Below, piece after piece: positions 37,535-47,715 of a stretch of DNA of 64,000 nt; position 1 is the stretch's first letter; every line of letters starts with the position of its first letter. Made by a program: the position numbers and the translations under genes. Under the pieces are notes generated by a model that saw only the letters and a list, made by a program, of their open reading frames with translations, was not told where the DNA came from and made no database searches. The DNA comes from Candidatus Doudnabacteria bacterium (GTDB taxonomy: Bacteria > Patescibacteriota > Doudnabacteria > UBA920): positions 318,305-382,304 of the forward strand of contig CAVYGQ010000001.1 of assembly GCA_963768175.1 (NCBI GenBank), in the 5' to 3' direction.

Positions 37535-37690
37535 CTACTTCGTTTCTTTGTGCGCAGTTTTCTTTTTGCAGAATTTGCAGAATTTTTGCAGTTCCAGACG
37601 CTTAGCGGTATTTTTTTTGTTCTTCGTGGTTTGATAATTCAAATTATGGCAAATCGTGCATTCCATATTTATCAGGTTATCTTGGGACAT
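37535..37690 (-). CDS. rpmG: 50S ribosomal protein L33 (zinc-binding form); below the ORF track cut-off
   Basis: Hand translation: [51 protein letters not shown]. Confidence 0.96.
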   Translation of the reverse strand: MSQDNLINMECTICHNLNYQTTKNKKNTAKRLELQKFCKFCKKKTAHKETK

Positions 37691-37825
37691 AGGAGATTAG
37701 ATTTAAGATTAAAGATTTGTGATTTAGGGTTTTCCTGGGCGTCAGGAAAATCCAAATGTATCATTTTGATCCATTAGAGATGAAGGCGCTTGCACTTCGT
37801 AGTCACCCGCAGGGTGACGAAGAGG

Positions 37826-38192
37826 TGGAGCCAGCTGTCGGACTCACCACAGTCATCCGACGTGGCTCCCTATCGAATGATAGGGCGAACCGACGAACTA
37901 TTTACCCCGCACCATTTATCAAAAAATCAACTTAAAATTTAGTGGAGCCGATGGTCGGGCTTGAACCGACGACCTACGGTTTACAAAACCGTTGCTCTAC
38001 CAACTGAGCTACATCGGCAATATGACCGATGATATAATTGATAAATGGTGCGGGGCGGTTTACCCGCCTTCGCCAAGGCTCTAGCGGACTTTCAGCAAAA
38101 CCGTTGCTCTACTTCACCCCGTTAAATAATTCCAACTTATGTTGGAATGCCGCGAAGCGGCATTTAACGGGGCAAGGATGAGCTAAGCTGGC
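37826..38192 (-). pseudogene. Outer tRNA-Thr(TGT) split into five pieces by four palindromic insertions
   Basis: Pieces 38192-38173, 38112-38097, 38063-38056, 37900-37887, 37845-37826 join into a fully paired cloverleaf. Confidence 0.92.
37943..38018 (-). tRNA. tRNA-Thr(TGT), intact, nested in the outer copy
   Basis: GCCGATG/CATCGGC, GCTC/GAGC, ACGGT-TTTGTAA-ACCGT, GTCGG-TTCAAGC-CCGAC, TCCA. Confidence 0.97.
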
Positions 38193-38203
38193 AAGCTTTA
38201 TAT

Positions 38204-38232
38204 ATTTTACTATAAATAACCCAAATTGTCCA
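38204..38232 (-). promoter_or_regulatory. Promoter of the tRNA-Thr/rpmG unit
   Basis: TGGACA-17-TAAAAT just upstream of the outer tRNA 5' end. Confidence 0.6.
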
Positions 38233-38322
38233 TACACATACGGCTAAAAAACCTTTATCCCAGACAAGTTATTTGCTATAATTAGCTTATATCCAGCTTA
38301 GATTACTATTAAACTTACACTT

Positions 38323-38679
38323 ATGTCACAAATGGATCAAGCGCCAACTCCTTTGCCACCGGAAGAGCAAACAAAATTAGTAGAAGCTTTTATAGCTCAA
38401 AATTTTTCCAGCTTTGAAGAACTTATTTCGGGATTAAGAAGACTAGAACAGCAGGGAGTAAAGACCTTAATGGGCAGCCATGGAAAACCTCATGAGCTAT
38501 CTTCTCAAATCCAAAAATTGGAAGAATTCTTACAGCAACTCAGAAGATCTGCGGAATCACCAACAAGAGCGTCTGATGCCCAAAAATTTACTATTTATAC
38601 AATAAAAAAATTTTATGGCATCACCGAACTGATTGCCAAAAAACTAATGCCTTTGATGGACGAATATTACAAACAGTAA
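38323..38679 (+). CDS. Hypothetical protein
   Basis: 118-aa ORF. Confidence 0.65.
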   Translation: MSQMDQAPTPLPPEEQTKLVEAFIAQNFSSFEELISGLRRLEQQGVKTLMGSHGKPHELSSQIQKLEEFLQQLRRSAESPTRASDAQKFTIYTIKKFYGITELIAKKLMPLMDEYYKQ

Positions 38680-38855
38680 AGGGTTAAATAAACAGGCAAA
38701 AATCCGATGAACACAGAAAGTTTTTTACTATAATACAATTATGGACGTTAAAGATAAAGTTATAATTATTTCCGAAAAGCCCGAAGCCATGATGTAATCC
38801 TATAATCATCCTTACATTCTTAAGTATGTAAGGATGATGTCTAAAATTTAAAAAT

Positions 38856-40385
38856 ATGCCAAATCCTGTTTGCCTCATAATTCTTGACGGCTGGGGCTAT
38901 CGCGAAAATCCGGAAAACAACGCCATCGCGCAGGCCAAGACGGCCTTTTTTGACGCTCTGCTAAAAAAATATCCGCACACGCAGCTTTTCGCCAGCGAAG
39001 AACACGTGGGCCTACCCAAAGGACAAATCGGCAACAGCGAAATCGGCCATATGACCATGGGCACCGGCCAGGTTTTGGACGTGGATTTGGTAAAAATCAA
39101 CAAAGCGGCGCAAAAAGGCGAATTCCACACTAATCCCGCCTTTTTGCAACTTTTTGACCACGTCAAGCAATACAATTCCACTCTACATGTCGTAGGTATG
39201 GTAAGCCCTGGCGGAGTCCACAGCCATCAGGACCATTTGCACGAATTCCTAAAAGCCGCCAAAACTGCCGGCGTAGAAAAAGTCGCCATTCACGCCATTA
39301 CCGACGGGCGTGATTTGCCTCCGCAAAGCGGCGCCCAATACCTAAAAGACCTGGAAAAAGTTTTGGCCGATTTAAAAATCGGTTTTATCGCCACCGTACA
39401 CGGGCGTTTTTACGCGATGGACCGAGACAAAAACTGGGAACGCTTGGCAAAAACCGAAGCTGCTATTTTTGAAAGCAAAGGCAAGGTCGTGCGGGCAAAA
39501 AAACCGTCCGAAGTCCTAAATGAGCTTTACAAACAAGGGGTTGTGGACGAGCATGTTGAACCGATAGTATTTTTGGACGAAACCGGCAAAGGCTGGCCCA
39601 TTTCGCAAAACGACGGCGTGTTCTTTTTTAACTACCGGCCCGACCGCGCCAGGCAGCTGGCCAAAAAAATCCTGGAAAAAAAGCAGACCCACAACCTGTG
39701 TTTTGTCACGCTTACCGAGTACGACAAAACTTTTGAAACGCTGGTTGCTTTTCCGCAAAGCAAAATCGATACATCTTTGGCCGCGGAAATATCCAAAGCC
39801 GGCTTAAAACAGTCACACATCGCGGAAACGGAAAAATACGCGCACGTAACTTACTTTTTTAACGGCGGACACGAACAGCCTCATAAAAACGAACACTTCT
39901 TTTTAATAGACAGCCGGCGAGACGTACCGACCCACGATTTGGCGCCGGAAATGCGCGCGCACGAAATTGCGGACAAAACCGTGGAAAGAATAAAGGCCGG
40001 CGACAATTTTTTGGTTATTAACTTTGCCAACGCCGACATGGTCGGCCACACGGCTAACCAAAGCGCGATTATAACGGCCGTGGAAACCGTAGACAGGGAA
40101 CTAAAAAGGGTGGTTGAAGAAGTTACAAAACACGATGGAATAGCTATTGTTACCGCGGACCACGGCAACGCCGAAGTAAATATAGACGAAAAAACCGGCG
40201 AAAAGCATACCGCCCACACCACCAACTTAGTCCCATTTATCTTGGTCAGTAATGTCATTCCCGCGAAAGCGGGAATCTTGCGCCCATTGGGCACCCTCGC
40301 CGACATCGCTCCCACCATTTTGGAGCTGATGAATTTAAAAAAACCCGCCTCAATGACGGGAAAAAGTTTAATTGTGTTAAATTAA
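38856..40385 (+). CDS. gpmI: 2,3-bisphosphoglycerate-independent phosphoglycerate mutase
   Basis: ILDGWG, GNSEIGH, GRFYAMDRD, ETEKYAHVTYF, TADHGNAE. Confidence 0.97.
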   Translation: MPNPVCLIILDGWGYRENPENNAIAQAKTAFFDALLKKYPHTQLFASEEHVGLPKGQIGNSEIGHMTMGTGQVLDVDLVKINKAAQKGEFHTNPAFLQLFDHVKQYNSTLHVVGMVSPGGVHSHQDHLHEFLKAAKTAGVEKVAIHAITDGRDLPPQSGAQYLKDLEKVLADLKIGFIATVHGRFYAMDRDKNWERLAKTEAAIFESKGKVVRAKKPSEVLNELYKQGVVDEHVEPIVFLDETGKGWPISQNDGVFFFNYRPDRARQLAKKILEKKQTHNLCFVTLTEYDKTFETLVAFPQSKIDTSLAAEISKAGLKQSHIAETEKYAHVTYFFNGGHEQPHKNEHFFLIDSRRDVPTHDLAPEMRAHEIADKTVERIKAGDNFLVINFANADMVGHTANQSAIITAVETVDRELKRVVEEVTKHDGIAIVTADHGNAEVNIDEKTGEKHTAHTTNLVPFILVSNVIPAKAGILRPLGTLADIAPTILELMNLKKPASMTGKSLIVLN

Positions 40386-40476
40386 TACACACTGGAATTT
40401 ATACTCATTATTGAATTTTACATGGCAGAGAGGTCGACGGCGCGCCTCTCTGCCATGCGTGCTACAGGACGGTGCC

Positions 40477-40794
40477 CTACTCCTGACCGGCCCAAGCGGC
40501 TTGGCCGAGCTGGACGCCCTGAGTGACATGGGCGGCCTGGGTGGTGTCGGTAGTTGTGCCAACCAACTCCGGGTTCTTCAGCTTCAACTGCAAGATCCCC
40601 GAAGACGGCTCCTGGCAGGGTTCGAAGACCGGGATACCAGTTCTCGTGAACTTGAGCTGGTACATATCCGATCCGCTGGGCGATCTTTTGCCCCTGGCGT
40701 ATACGACCCCGGAGATCACACAAGCCTCTCCGGCATTCATTTGCTTCACTGCTTCCCGAACCTGCTCTTCTAGGCTACTAGTAGCGCTGGGCAC
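40477..40794 (-). CDS. GC-rich orphan protein
   Basis: TTGACA-17-TAAATT promoter (40845-40817), GGAGG SD before GTG, 13-bp hairpin at ~40421-40457. Confidence 0.5.
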   Translation of the reverse strand: MPSATSSLEEQVREAVKQMNAGEACVISGVVYARGKRSPSGSDMYQLKFTRTGIPVFEPCQEPSSGILQLKLKNPELVGTTTDTTQAAHVTQGVQLGQAAWAGQE

Positions 40795-40878
40795 TATGGA
40801 ATTCCTCCGTAGATAAAATTTAATCTTAAATAACTTTTTTGTCAACATCCCAAATTCCCACTATAATAACTAATAAAT

Positions 40879-42630
40879 ATGAAATCCCTAACCCGCAAAA
40901 CTTTTGATATTTTTGCCCAGCACTCCAAGCCGTACAAAAAAATGATTATGTTGGTGCTGCTCGGACTGGTTTTCGGCGTGGCTTTTGACACCTACCAGCC
41001 GTTTTTATATAAGGCGTTATTTAATCTTTTAGCCGCGGGCAACATTGCGGCAACCGGGCAAATGCTCAATATTGTCTGGAAAGTTTTGGCGATAAGTTTG
41101 TTTTCCTGGGCGGCTTGGCGGACTTCGCAATTTGCCCTGAATTTTTACGAAGCCAACGTCATGTCGGATTTGCTGAATACCTGTTTCGCGTATTTGCAAA
41201 ATCATTCTTATGGGTTTTTTTCCAACAATTTTTCCGGCAGTTTGGTACGCAAAGTCAACCGCTACAGCCGGACTTTTGAAGATTTATCCGACATCTTTTT
41301 CCAGAATATGCTGCAGACCGCCCTGCAGGTTATGATTATTATAGTTGTGCTGTTTATTTACTTCCGCCCCTTGGGCTGGATAGTCCTAATCTGGTCTTTG
41401 CTCTACATTTACTTTAACTACCGTTTTGCCTTGTGGAAAATAAAATATGATGTCGCCCGGGCCGCACAGGATACCAAAGTCAGCGGCCAGTTGGCCGATA
41501 CGGTAAGCAACAACATCAACCTTAAGCTGTTTAACGGCCTAAAAAAGGAAACCGAAGATTATAAAAGTTTGACTGGCGAGCTTTACCGTTTGCGTCTGCT
41601 CGGCTGGAATTTGGGGCAGATCTCCGAAACCGTGCAGGGGGCGCTGGTGGTCATTTTGGAATTCGGCGTAATGTACGCCGCGGTTTTGCTGTGGCAAAAA
41701 CATCTGCTGACCGTCGGTGATTTTGCTTTGCTGCAGGCTTACCTTATCCAAATTTTCCAGCAGCTTTGGAATTTCGGCCGCTTTGTCCGCCGCATTTACG
41801 AAAGCGTGGCCGATGCCAACGAGATGACGGAAATTTTGAAAATGCCGCATGAAGTACAGGATATTCCCAACGCCGATAATTTGCGCGTAAACAAGGGAAA
41901 AATTGAACTTCGTGGCGTGGACTTTGCTTATGAAAACAATCCGCCGGTGCTAAAAAACTTTAATTTGATTATTTCGCCCGGCGAACGCGCGGCGCTTATC
42001 GGCCCTTCCGGCGGCGGCAAATCCACCATTGTAAAACTGCTTTTGCGCTTTACGGACATCCAAGGCGGCGAAATCCTGATTGACGAACAGAACATTGCCA
42101 AGGTTGTCCAGGAGTTTTTGCGCGCCAACATTTCCCTGGTGCCGCAGGAACCGATTCTTTTTCATCGCAGCCTGATGGAAAATATCCGTTACGGCAAGCC
42201 ACAAGCTACGGAAGAACAAATTATCGCGGCGGCTAAGCTGGCCCATGCCGATGAGTTTATAACCAAGTTTCCCCAGGGCTACCAGACTTTTGTTGGGGAG
42301 CGGGGGATTAAGCTTTCGGGTGGGGAACGCCAGCGCGTGGCCATTGCCAGGGCCATACTGAAAAACGCGCCCATTTTAATTTTGGACGAAGCGACTTCCT
42401 CACTTGATTCCGAAAGTGAACACTTTATCCAGGATGCGTTAAAAAATTTAATGCAAGGCAAAACCGTTATTGTCATCGCCCACCGCCTAAGCACCATTAT
42501 GCAAATGGATAGGATTATTGTTTTGCAAGACGGCAAAATTACCGAACAAGGCAAACACGAAGAGCTGCTCAAAGTTGAACAGGGCACCTACCAAAAATTG
42601 TGGCAAATCCAGGCGGGGGGATTTGCTTAA
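40879..42630 (+). CDS. ABC exporter, fused permease/ATPase
   Basis: TM domain plus GPSGGGKST, LSGGERQR, LDEATS. Confidence 0.96.
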   Translation: MKSLTRKTFDIFAQHSKPYKKMIMLVLLGLVFGVAFDTYQPFLYKALFNLLAAGNIAATGQMLNIVWKVLAISLFSWAAWRTSQFALNFYEANVMSDLLNTCFAYLQNHSYGFFSNNFSGSLVRKVNRYSRTFEDLSDIFFQNMLQTALQVMIIIVVLFIYFRPLGWIVLIWSLLYIYFNYRFALWKIKYDVARAAQDTKVSGQLADTVSNNINLKLFNGLKKETEDYKSLTGELYRLRLLGWNLGQISETVQGALVVILEFGVMYAAVLLWQKHLLTVGDFALLQAYLIQIFQQLWNFGRFVRRIYESVADANEMTEILKMPHEVQDIPNADNLRVNKGKIELRGVDFAYENNPPVLKNFNLIISPGERAALIGPSGGGKSTIVKLLLRFTDIQGGEILIDEQNIAKVVQEFLRANISLVPQEPILFHRSLMENIRYGKPQATEEQIIAAAKLAHADEFITKFPQGYQTFVGERGIKLSGGERQRVAIARAILKNAPILILDEATSSLDSESEHFIQDALKNLMQGKTVIVIAHRLSTIMQMDRIIVLQDGKITEQGKHEELLKVEQGTYQKLWQIQAGGFA

Positions 42631-42814
42631 GGGTTGATAGGCATCTTCGGTTGAAGGGAGTCTCTTACTACAAAATTAGCCGGCCGATTTCTGTTAGTTT
42701 GATTACAAATAAAAAATAATCTTGTTATCCATAACGAAGACTCCCTTCAATCCTGGTTTTAAAAAACCTCCGCTCTCGCAAACTTAGATTTTTTTGTTTT
42801 GATTACGATATAAT

Positions 42815-43672
42815 TTGTTTGTGGCTAAAGCCGACTTACAATTTAACTTTTTGGCTTTCCTCAAAGGCCTTTGGCTGCTCAAAGAAAAGCCGTTACGCTA
42901 TGGCACCAAAAAATTCATTTTGGCTTTTTGGAAATACTATCTGCGCATACAATACTCAAACTTGGGCAAGCCGATTGTGGTTTCCTTACCGATTGACAAA
43001 AAAATTCCGTCCATACCTTCGGCAATAAAAACTTACAATAGCTATTTGCCGGTTTTTGGGGGCTGCGCTTACTGGGCCAGCCGTGAATTCGGAAAAAGAT
43101 CGTTGCAAGACATCGGCAAATTTTTTGAAGGGCTTAATGAATATTACAAGGATGCCGCGATAATTTTTAAAAACGCGCCCACAACCTGCGGCAGATCCGG
43201 ATATGGCGGAATTTTAACGGGAATAATAAGGCTTTTTGACCGCGACCTAAACGCGGCGCCAAGCCTCCATGTAGTATTGGTTGCCAGCTGGTACATGAAT
43301 TTTACGGAGATGATAAATACTTATGCCAACAGCTCCACTTCTTATGACGGCATCAAACAAAAAATTTTTAACCAAACCGTCAAAATAATTGAATCAACTT
43401 TGTTAACCAAACAGCACTGCGTAATGGATATCGCCCTGGCTTTTACCTTTCTTTCATGTCGTGACAGAAACTTTACCCAAGAGCGGGCAAAAAAATTTAC
43501 ATACGCTCTGTTTTCCCAATTTGATTATAGGATGGGCAAACAAACTGTGGCGGAAATCCAATCGGCAATTTTGGACATTTATTCCCAAACCTTAGCATTA
43601 TGCGAAGCCAGCGGGGATAAAAAAGGCCTTAATATCATAATCCCATTCCTTCAAGGATTACGCACTACGTAG
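42815..43672 (+). CDS. Hypothetical protein, start uncertain
   Basis: 285-aa ORF, no recognised motif. Confidence 0.6.
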   Translation: MFVAKADLQFNFLAFLKGLWLLKEKPLRYGTKKFILAFWKYYLRIQYSNLGKPIVVSLPIDKKIPSIPSAIKTYNSYLPVFGGCAYWASREFGKRSLQDIGKFFEGLNEYYKDAAIIFKNAPTTCGRSGYGGILTGIIRLFDRDLNAAPSLHVVLVASWYMNFTEMINTYANSSTSYDGIKQKIFNQTVKIIESTLLTKQHCVMDIALAFTFLSCRDRNFTQERAKKFTYALFSQFDYRMGKQTVAEIQSAILDIYSQTLALCEASGDKKGLNIIIPFLQGLRTT

Positions 43673-43790
43673 ATTTTAGCTAAAGTAACCGGCACCTGCA
43701 TTTATAGGAAAAAAATAGCAACCAAAACAGTGGAGGAAGCGCCTTCTGGGCGCTTTTTATTTTCAAAAATGCTATAATACTTTTATTAAT

Positions 43791-44465
43791 ATGGATTACC
43801 TTGCCGAGATTGCCAAAACTAAGCTGCCTTTTGAACCTGTAGATATGCCTTTGGCCAAACGGGTTTTTGACATTATTATGGCGTGTCTGTTAACCCTGCT
43901 TTTGTCTCCGCTAATTTTATTGATTTTAATTTTATTTTTTCTTGAACAAATATTTGTGCCTCCCAGCCGGGGACCGCTGTTTTATTCGGAAACGAGAATC
44001 TCCAAAGGCCGGCCGTTTACTATTTTTAAATTTAGGATTTTTAAAATCCGAAGCAGCGGGGATTATTTTAAACAGCACGGTTATGTAGAAACCAAAGCTT
44101 TGGAAAACAACAAAAATAATTTAACCCTAACCGGCAAAATTCTCAAACAAATTTACATGGATGAATTTCCCCAGCTTTATAACGTACTGAGAGGGGATAT
44201 GACACTGGTGGGACCGCGCCCTTCCAACGTGGTGGTTACCTGGCAGGACGGCCAAAACGGCCGTTTCCAAAGATATTTGTTTACCGGCGGAATTACCGGC
44301 CCGTTCCAGGTGGTAAAAGATTCCGAGACGGTCCATAACCAAAGCCAAATCGACATGGACTACATCCAGTTTTGCAAAAACAACCCCGGCTGGAAAGTAG
44401 TGCTTAAAGACCTAAAATGCCTGCTTAGCACGATTTTTACGGTTATCCGGGCCAAGGGGGTTTAA
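43791..44465 (+). CDS. Bacterial sugar transferase (phosphoglycosyl transferase)
   Basis: KRVFDI, F..FKFR, DEFPQLYNVLRGDMTLVGPRP. Confidence 0.94.
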   Translation: MDYLAEIAKTKLPFEPVDMPLAKRVFDIIMACLLTLLLSPLILLILILFFLEQIFVPPSRGPLFYSETRISKGRPFTIFKFRIFKIRSSGDYFKQHGYVETKALENNKNNLTLTGKILKQIYMDEFPQLYNVLRGDMTLVGPRPSNVVVTWQDGQNGRFQRYLFTGGITGPFQVVKDSETVHNQSQIDMDYIQFCKNNPGWKVVLKDLKCLLSTIFTVIRAKGV

Positions 44466-44528
44466 ATAATTTGCCAAAAAAGCTATTGTGAATTATTATA
44501 ATAGTGAACTATCGTATACTATTAAAAT

Positions 44529-45701
44529 ATGGAACCGCTAGCCAATAAAATTCGCCCGACGTCGCTTAAAGGATTTGTCGGCCAACAGCATCTGGTCGGG
44601 CCGGATAAACCTTTAAAGATTGCCGTTGAACAAAAACATTTGTTCAGCTTTATTTTTTGGGGCCCGCCGGGGGTAGGGAAAACCACCCTGGCGCGGATTT
44701 ATGCCAAAGCGGTTAACGCGGAATATTTTGAACTGTCCGCTGTTTCCGCGGGTAAAGATGACATCCGGAAAATTGTTGACCGCCCGCCGATGATGGGACA
44801 GCCGAAAATATTGTTCCTTGATGAAATCCACCGCTTTAACAAAGCCCAGCAGGATTATCTATTGCCGTTTGTGGAAACCGGCAAATTATATTTAATCGGC
44901 GCCACCACGGAAAATCCTTCGTTTGAAGTGATCCCGCCTTTGCTTTCCCGTTGCAGGGTGTTTGTGCTAAACGAGTTGGCCGATGACGAAATCGAAAAAA
45001 TCATCGTTCAGGCCTGCAGAAGTGTCCCCTCTGCTGCAGAGGGGACACTTCTGCCAAAGAACAAAATAGATAAAAAATCCAAAGACTGGCTGGTACAAAT
45101 GGCTAACGGCGACGCTCGCCAGGCCATCAGCATGATAGAAAACACGGTAAATCTATACGGAAAAATTACCGTTGAAACCTTAAAAGACACCCTGCAATCC
45201 AAATTTTTGCGCTACGATAAAGCCGGTGAAGAACACTACAATATCATCAGTGCGTTTATAAAAAGTATGCGCGCCAGCCAGCCGGACGCGGCGCTCTATT
45301 ATATGTGCCGGATGATTGCTGCCGGCGAAGATCCGCTGTTCATCGCGCGGCGCATGGTGATTTTCGCCAGCGAGGACATCGGCTTAGCCCAGCCCACGGC
45401 CTTGGTGGTCGCCAACGCCGTATTCCGCGCCTGCGAAACCATCGGCTACCCCGAATGCGCCGAGAACCTTGCCCACGGGACCGTTTATCTGGCGCTGGCC
45501 AAAAAGGACCGCAGCGCCTACAACGCCTACCTGGCCGCGATGAAGGATGCCAAGGAATACGGCAACCTGCCCGTGCCGCTTAAAATCCGCAACGCACCCA
45601 CCAAGCTTATGAAAGAATTAAAATATGGGGAAGGTTATGAAAGTTATGATAAAGATGATTATCTGCCGGAAAAATTAAAAAGGAAAAAATATCTAATTTA
45701 G
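44529..45701 (+). CDS. rarA: Replication-associated recombination protein A with a 13-aa palindrome-encoded insertion
   Basis: [45 protein letters not shown]. Confidence 0.96.
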   Translation: MEPLANKIRPTSLKGFVGQQHLVGPDKPLKIAVEQKHLFSFIFWGPPGVGKTTLARIYAKAVNAEYFELSAVSAGKDDIRKIVDRPPMMGQPKILFLDEIHRFNKAQQDYLLPFVETGKLYLIGATTENPSFEVIPPLLSRCRVFVLNELADDEIEKIIVQACRSVPSAAEGTLLPKNKIDKKSKDWLVQMANGDARQAISMIENTVNLYGKITVETLKDTLQSKFLRYDKAGEEHYNIISAFIKSMRASQPDAALYYMCRMIAAGEDPLFIARRMVIFASEDIGLAQPTALVVANAVFRACETIGYPECAENLAHGTVYLALAKKDRSAYNAYLAAMKDAKEYGNLPVPLKIRNAPTKLMKELKYGEGYESYDKDDYLPEKLKRKKYLI

Positions 45702-45718
45702 GCAAAAAAGCTCCATCG

Positions 45719-46771
45719 ATGACGCAACTTAAAAAATTTTTAAAAAAATACGCCTATCGACTGCCATCGGAACTAGTTGCGCAAACTCCGGCCAAACCGC
45801 GCGATGCTGCGCGGCTTTTGGTTTACAATCGACGGTCAAAAAAAATAAAATTTGATCGATTTTTTAATCTTGCGGGATATTTACCCAAAAACGCCGTCCT
45901 GGTCTTTAACCAAACCAAAGTCTGGCCGGCGCGGCTAACAATAATCAAACCAACCGGTGGCAAAGTCAAAATTTTGTACATTGATGCCGATAAAAAAAGC
46001 GGGCTTATAAAAATTATCAGCAACAAGCATCTCCCAGTAGGGGAGCGTGTTGATTTTTTGCGCGGCCGCGCAAAAAATCAACACCTTAAAGTCATCGGCA
46101 AAAAAAACGGCTTTTATTATTTAAGACCAAATTTTCCAATATCCCAAATCACCAAAATCATGACAAAATACGGCGTAACGCCGCTACCACCTTACATTAA
46201 AAATTCCCCTTTATCGGAAATCCAACGCCGCAAAGAGTACCAATCGGTCTTTGCAAAAACCGGTTTATCGGTAGCCGCGCCCACAGCGAGTTTGCATTTT
46301 ACCAAACGATTAATCAACCAGCTTCAAAAGCAGGGGATAGGCATCGCTTTTGTTCAGCTTGATGTAAACTTAGGAACTTTTGCGCCTTTGCGCGAAGAAC
46401 AAATTAAATCTGGAAAACTTCACCAGGAGTTTTACCGGATAAATAAATCAACGGCGCGATTTTTGAATCAAGCCAAAGCGGCTGGCCGTCCCATTATTGC
46501 CGTTGGCACCACCGTGGTCCGCACCCTGGAATCCGCTGCAAAAAATCAACGGCTGACAAAACTAACGGGGAATACAGATCTGTTTATTAAAGAAAATTAT
46601 AAGTTTAAATTTGTTGACGGCCTTATTACCAACTTCCATGTTCCCAAATCCAGCCTGCTGATGCTCACTTCCGCCTTTGTCGGCCGAAAAAAATTATTTG
46701 ATCTATACAAGCAGGCCATCAGTAAAAACTTCCGCTTCTTCTCCTTCGGCGACGGCATGTTAATTTTTTAG
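45719..46771 (+). CDS. queA: S-adenosylmethionine:tRNA ribosyltransferase-isomerase
   Basis: PLPPYI, YQSVFA, AAPTASLHF, VGTTVVRTLES, TNFHVP, FSFGDGM. Confidence 0.96.
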   Translation: MTQLKKFLKKYAYRLPSELVAQTPAKPRDAARLLVYNRRSKKIKFDRFFNLAGYLPKNAVLVFNQTKVWPARLTIIKPTGGKVKILYIDADKKSGLIKIISNKHLPVGERVDFLRGRAKNQHLKVIGKKNGFYYLRPNFPISQITKIMTKYGVTPLPPYIKNSPLSEIQRRKEYQSVFAKTGLSVAAPTASLHFTKRLINQLQKQGIGIAFVQLDVNLGTFAPLREEQIKSGKLHQEFYRINKSTARFLNQAKAAGRPIIAVGTTVVRTLESAAKNQRLTKLTGNTDLFIKENYKFKFVDGLITNFHVPKSSLLMLTSAFVGRKKLFDLYKQAISKNFRFFSFGDGMLIF

Positions 46772-46786
46772 TGATATAATACTTTT

Positions 46787-47122
46787 ATGAACATAGTCTA
46801 TTCCACTCCCGCCTTTGCCTGGCTACTGGTTTCGGTGGCGTTTTTCGCGGTAGGAGAATATTTTTCCAAAAAATTCGCGCTGGGGCCGAGCTGGCAATAT
46901 GTCTTGTTGATCTTAACTGCATATATTTTAGGAACTTTGGCCTGGTTACCGGCGATTTTACAAAAAAATCAGTTATCCGTAACCGGAACAATTTGGTCCG
47001 TGCTTTCGGTTTTGGCAACAATCAGTATTGGCATATTAATATTCAAAGAACATTTAAATGCTTTGCAGATAACTGGTCTAATCTTGGCCATAGTGGCTTT
47101 AGCTTTGTTAAATTACCGCTAA
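46787..47122 (+). CDS. SMR/DMT family small four-TM transporter
   Basis: 111 aa, four TM segments, FKEHL..QI.G. Confidence 0.8.
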   Translation: MNIVYSTPAFAWLLVSVAFFAVGEYFSKKFALGPSWQYVLLILTAYILGTLAWLPAILQKNQLSVTGTIWSVLSVLATISIGILIFKEHLNALQITGLILAIVALALLNYR

Positions 47123-47343
47123 ATTGTGGATATCTTTTTTACCTCTAAATTTCTTTTAAGCTCAGTAAAATTAGGGTAAATCAAAATTCTCTTATACTTA
47201 AGCCCGTTTTAAAAGATTAACCATTAGCCAAATCTTTTAAATTTCCGGAAAACTCTTGACACTTTGGGAAAAACGCTTGATTTTATTGGCTTTTTTAGTT
47301 AATATGTAATCGTTAAAGAAATTAATAAAAGGGAGACAAAAAT

Positions 47344-47616
47344 ATGACGAAGTCAGAAATCTTGCAGGCCCTGGCTGAAAAGCTGGGAATAACCCGCAAA
47401 CAGGTTAGTGAGTTCATGGACGCCATGGTCGAAATGGCTTACACCGTAACCAAAAAAGAAGGCGAATTCGTTATTCCTGGCATGGGAAAACTCCAAAAAA
47501 AGCACCGTGAAGCCAGAATGGGCCGCAACCCAGCTACCGGCGCTTCCATCCAGATCCCGGCTAAAACCGTCTTAAAGTTCCGCGTTGCCAAACAGGCCAA
47601 AGACGCAATCCTGTAA
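47344..47616 (+). CDS. hup: HU family DNA-binding protein
   Basis: MTKSE, ARMGRNPATG..IQIPA. Confidence 0.95.
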   Translation: MTKSEILQALAEKLGITRKQVSEFMDAMVEMAYTVTKKEGEFVIPGMGKLQKKHREARMGRNPATGASIQIPAKTVLKFRVAKQAKDAIL

Positions 47617-47715
47617 TCTAATTGTTGTTAATAACCCCGTTTCTTTAGAGAGGCGGGGTTTTGTTTGCTTTTTTATGGTATAATATACAGGAAAGCATAT
47701 TAAACACAAATTCAA

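Noticed and set aside
42651-42750. 13-bp inverted repeat (and a 10-bp one at 56400-56517) as ncRNA
   Set aside because: Single copies with no clear promoter; indistinguishable from decayed repeat elements.
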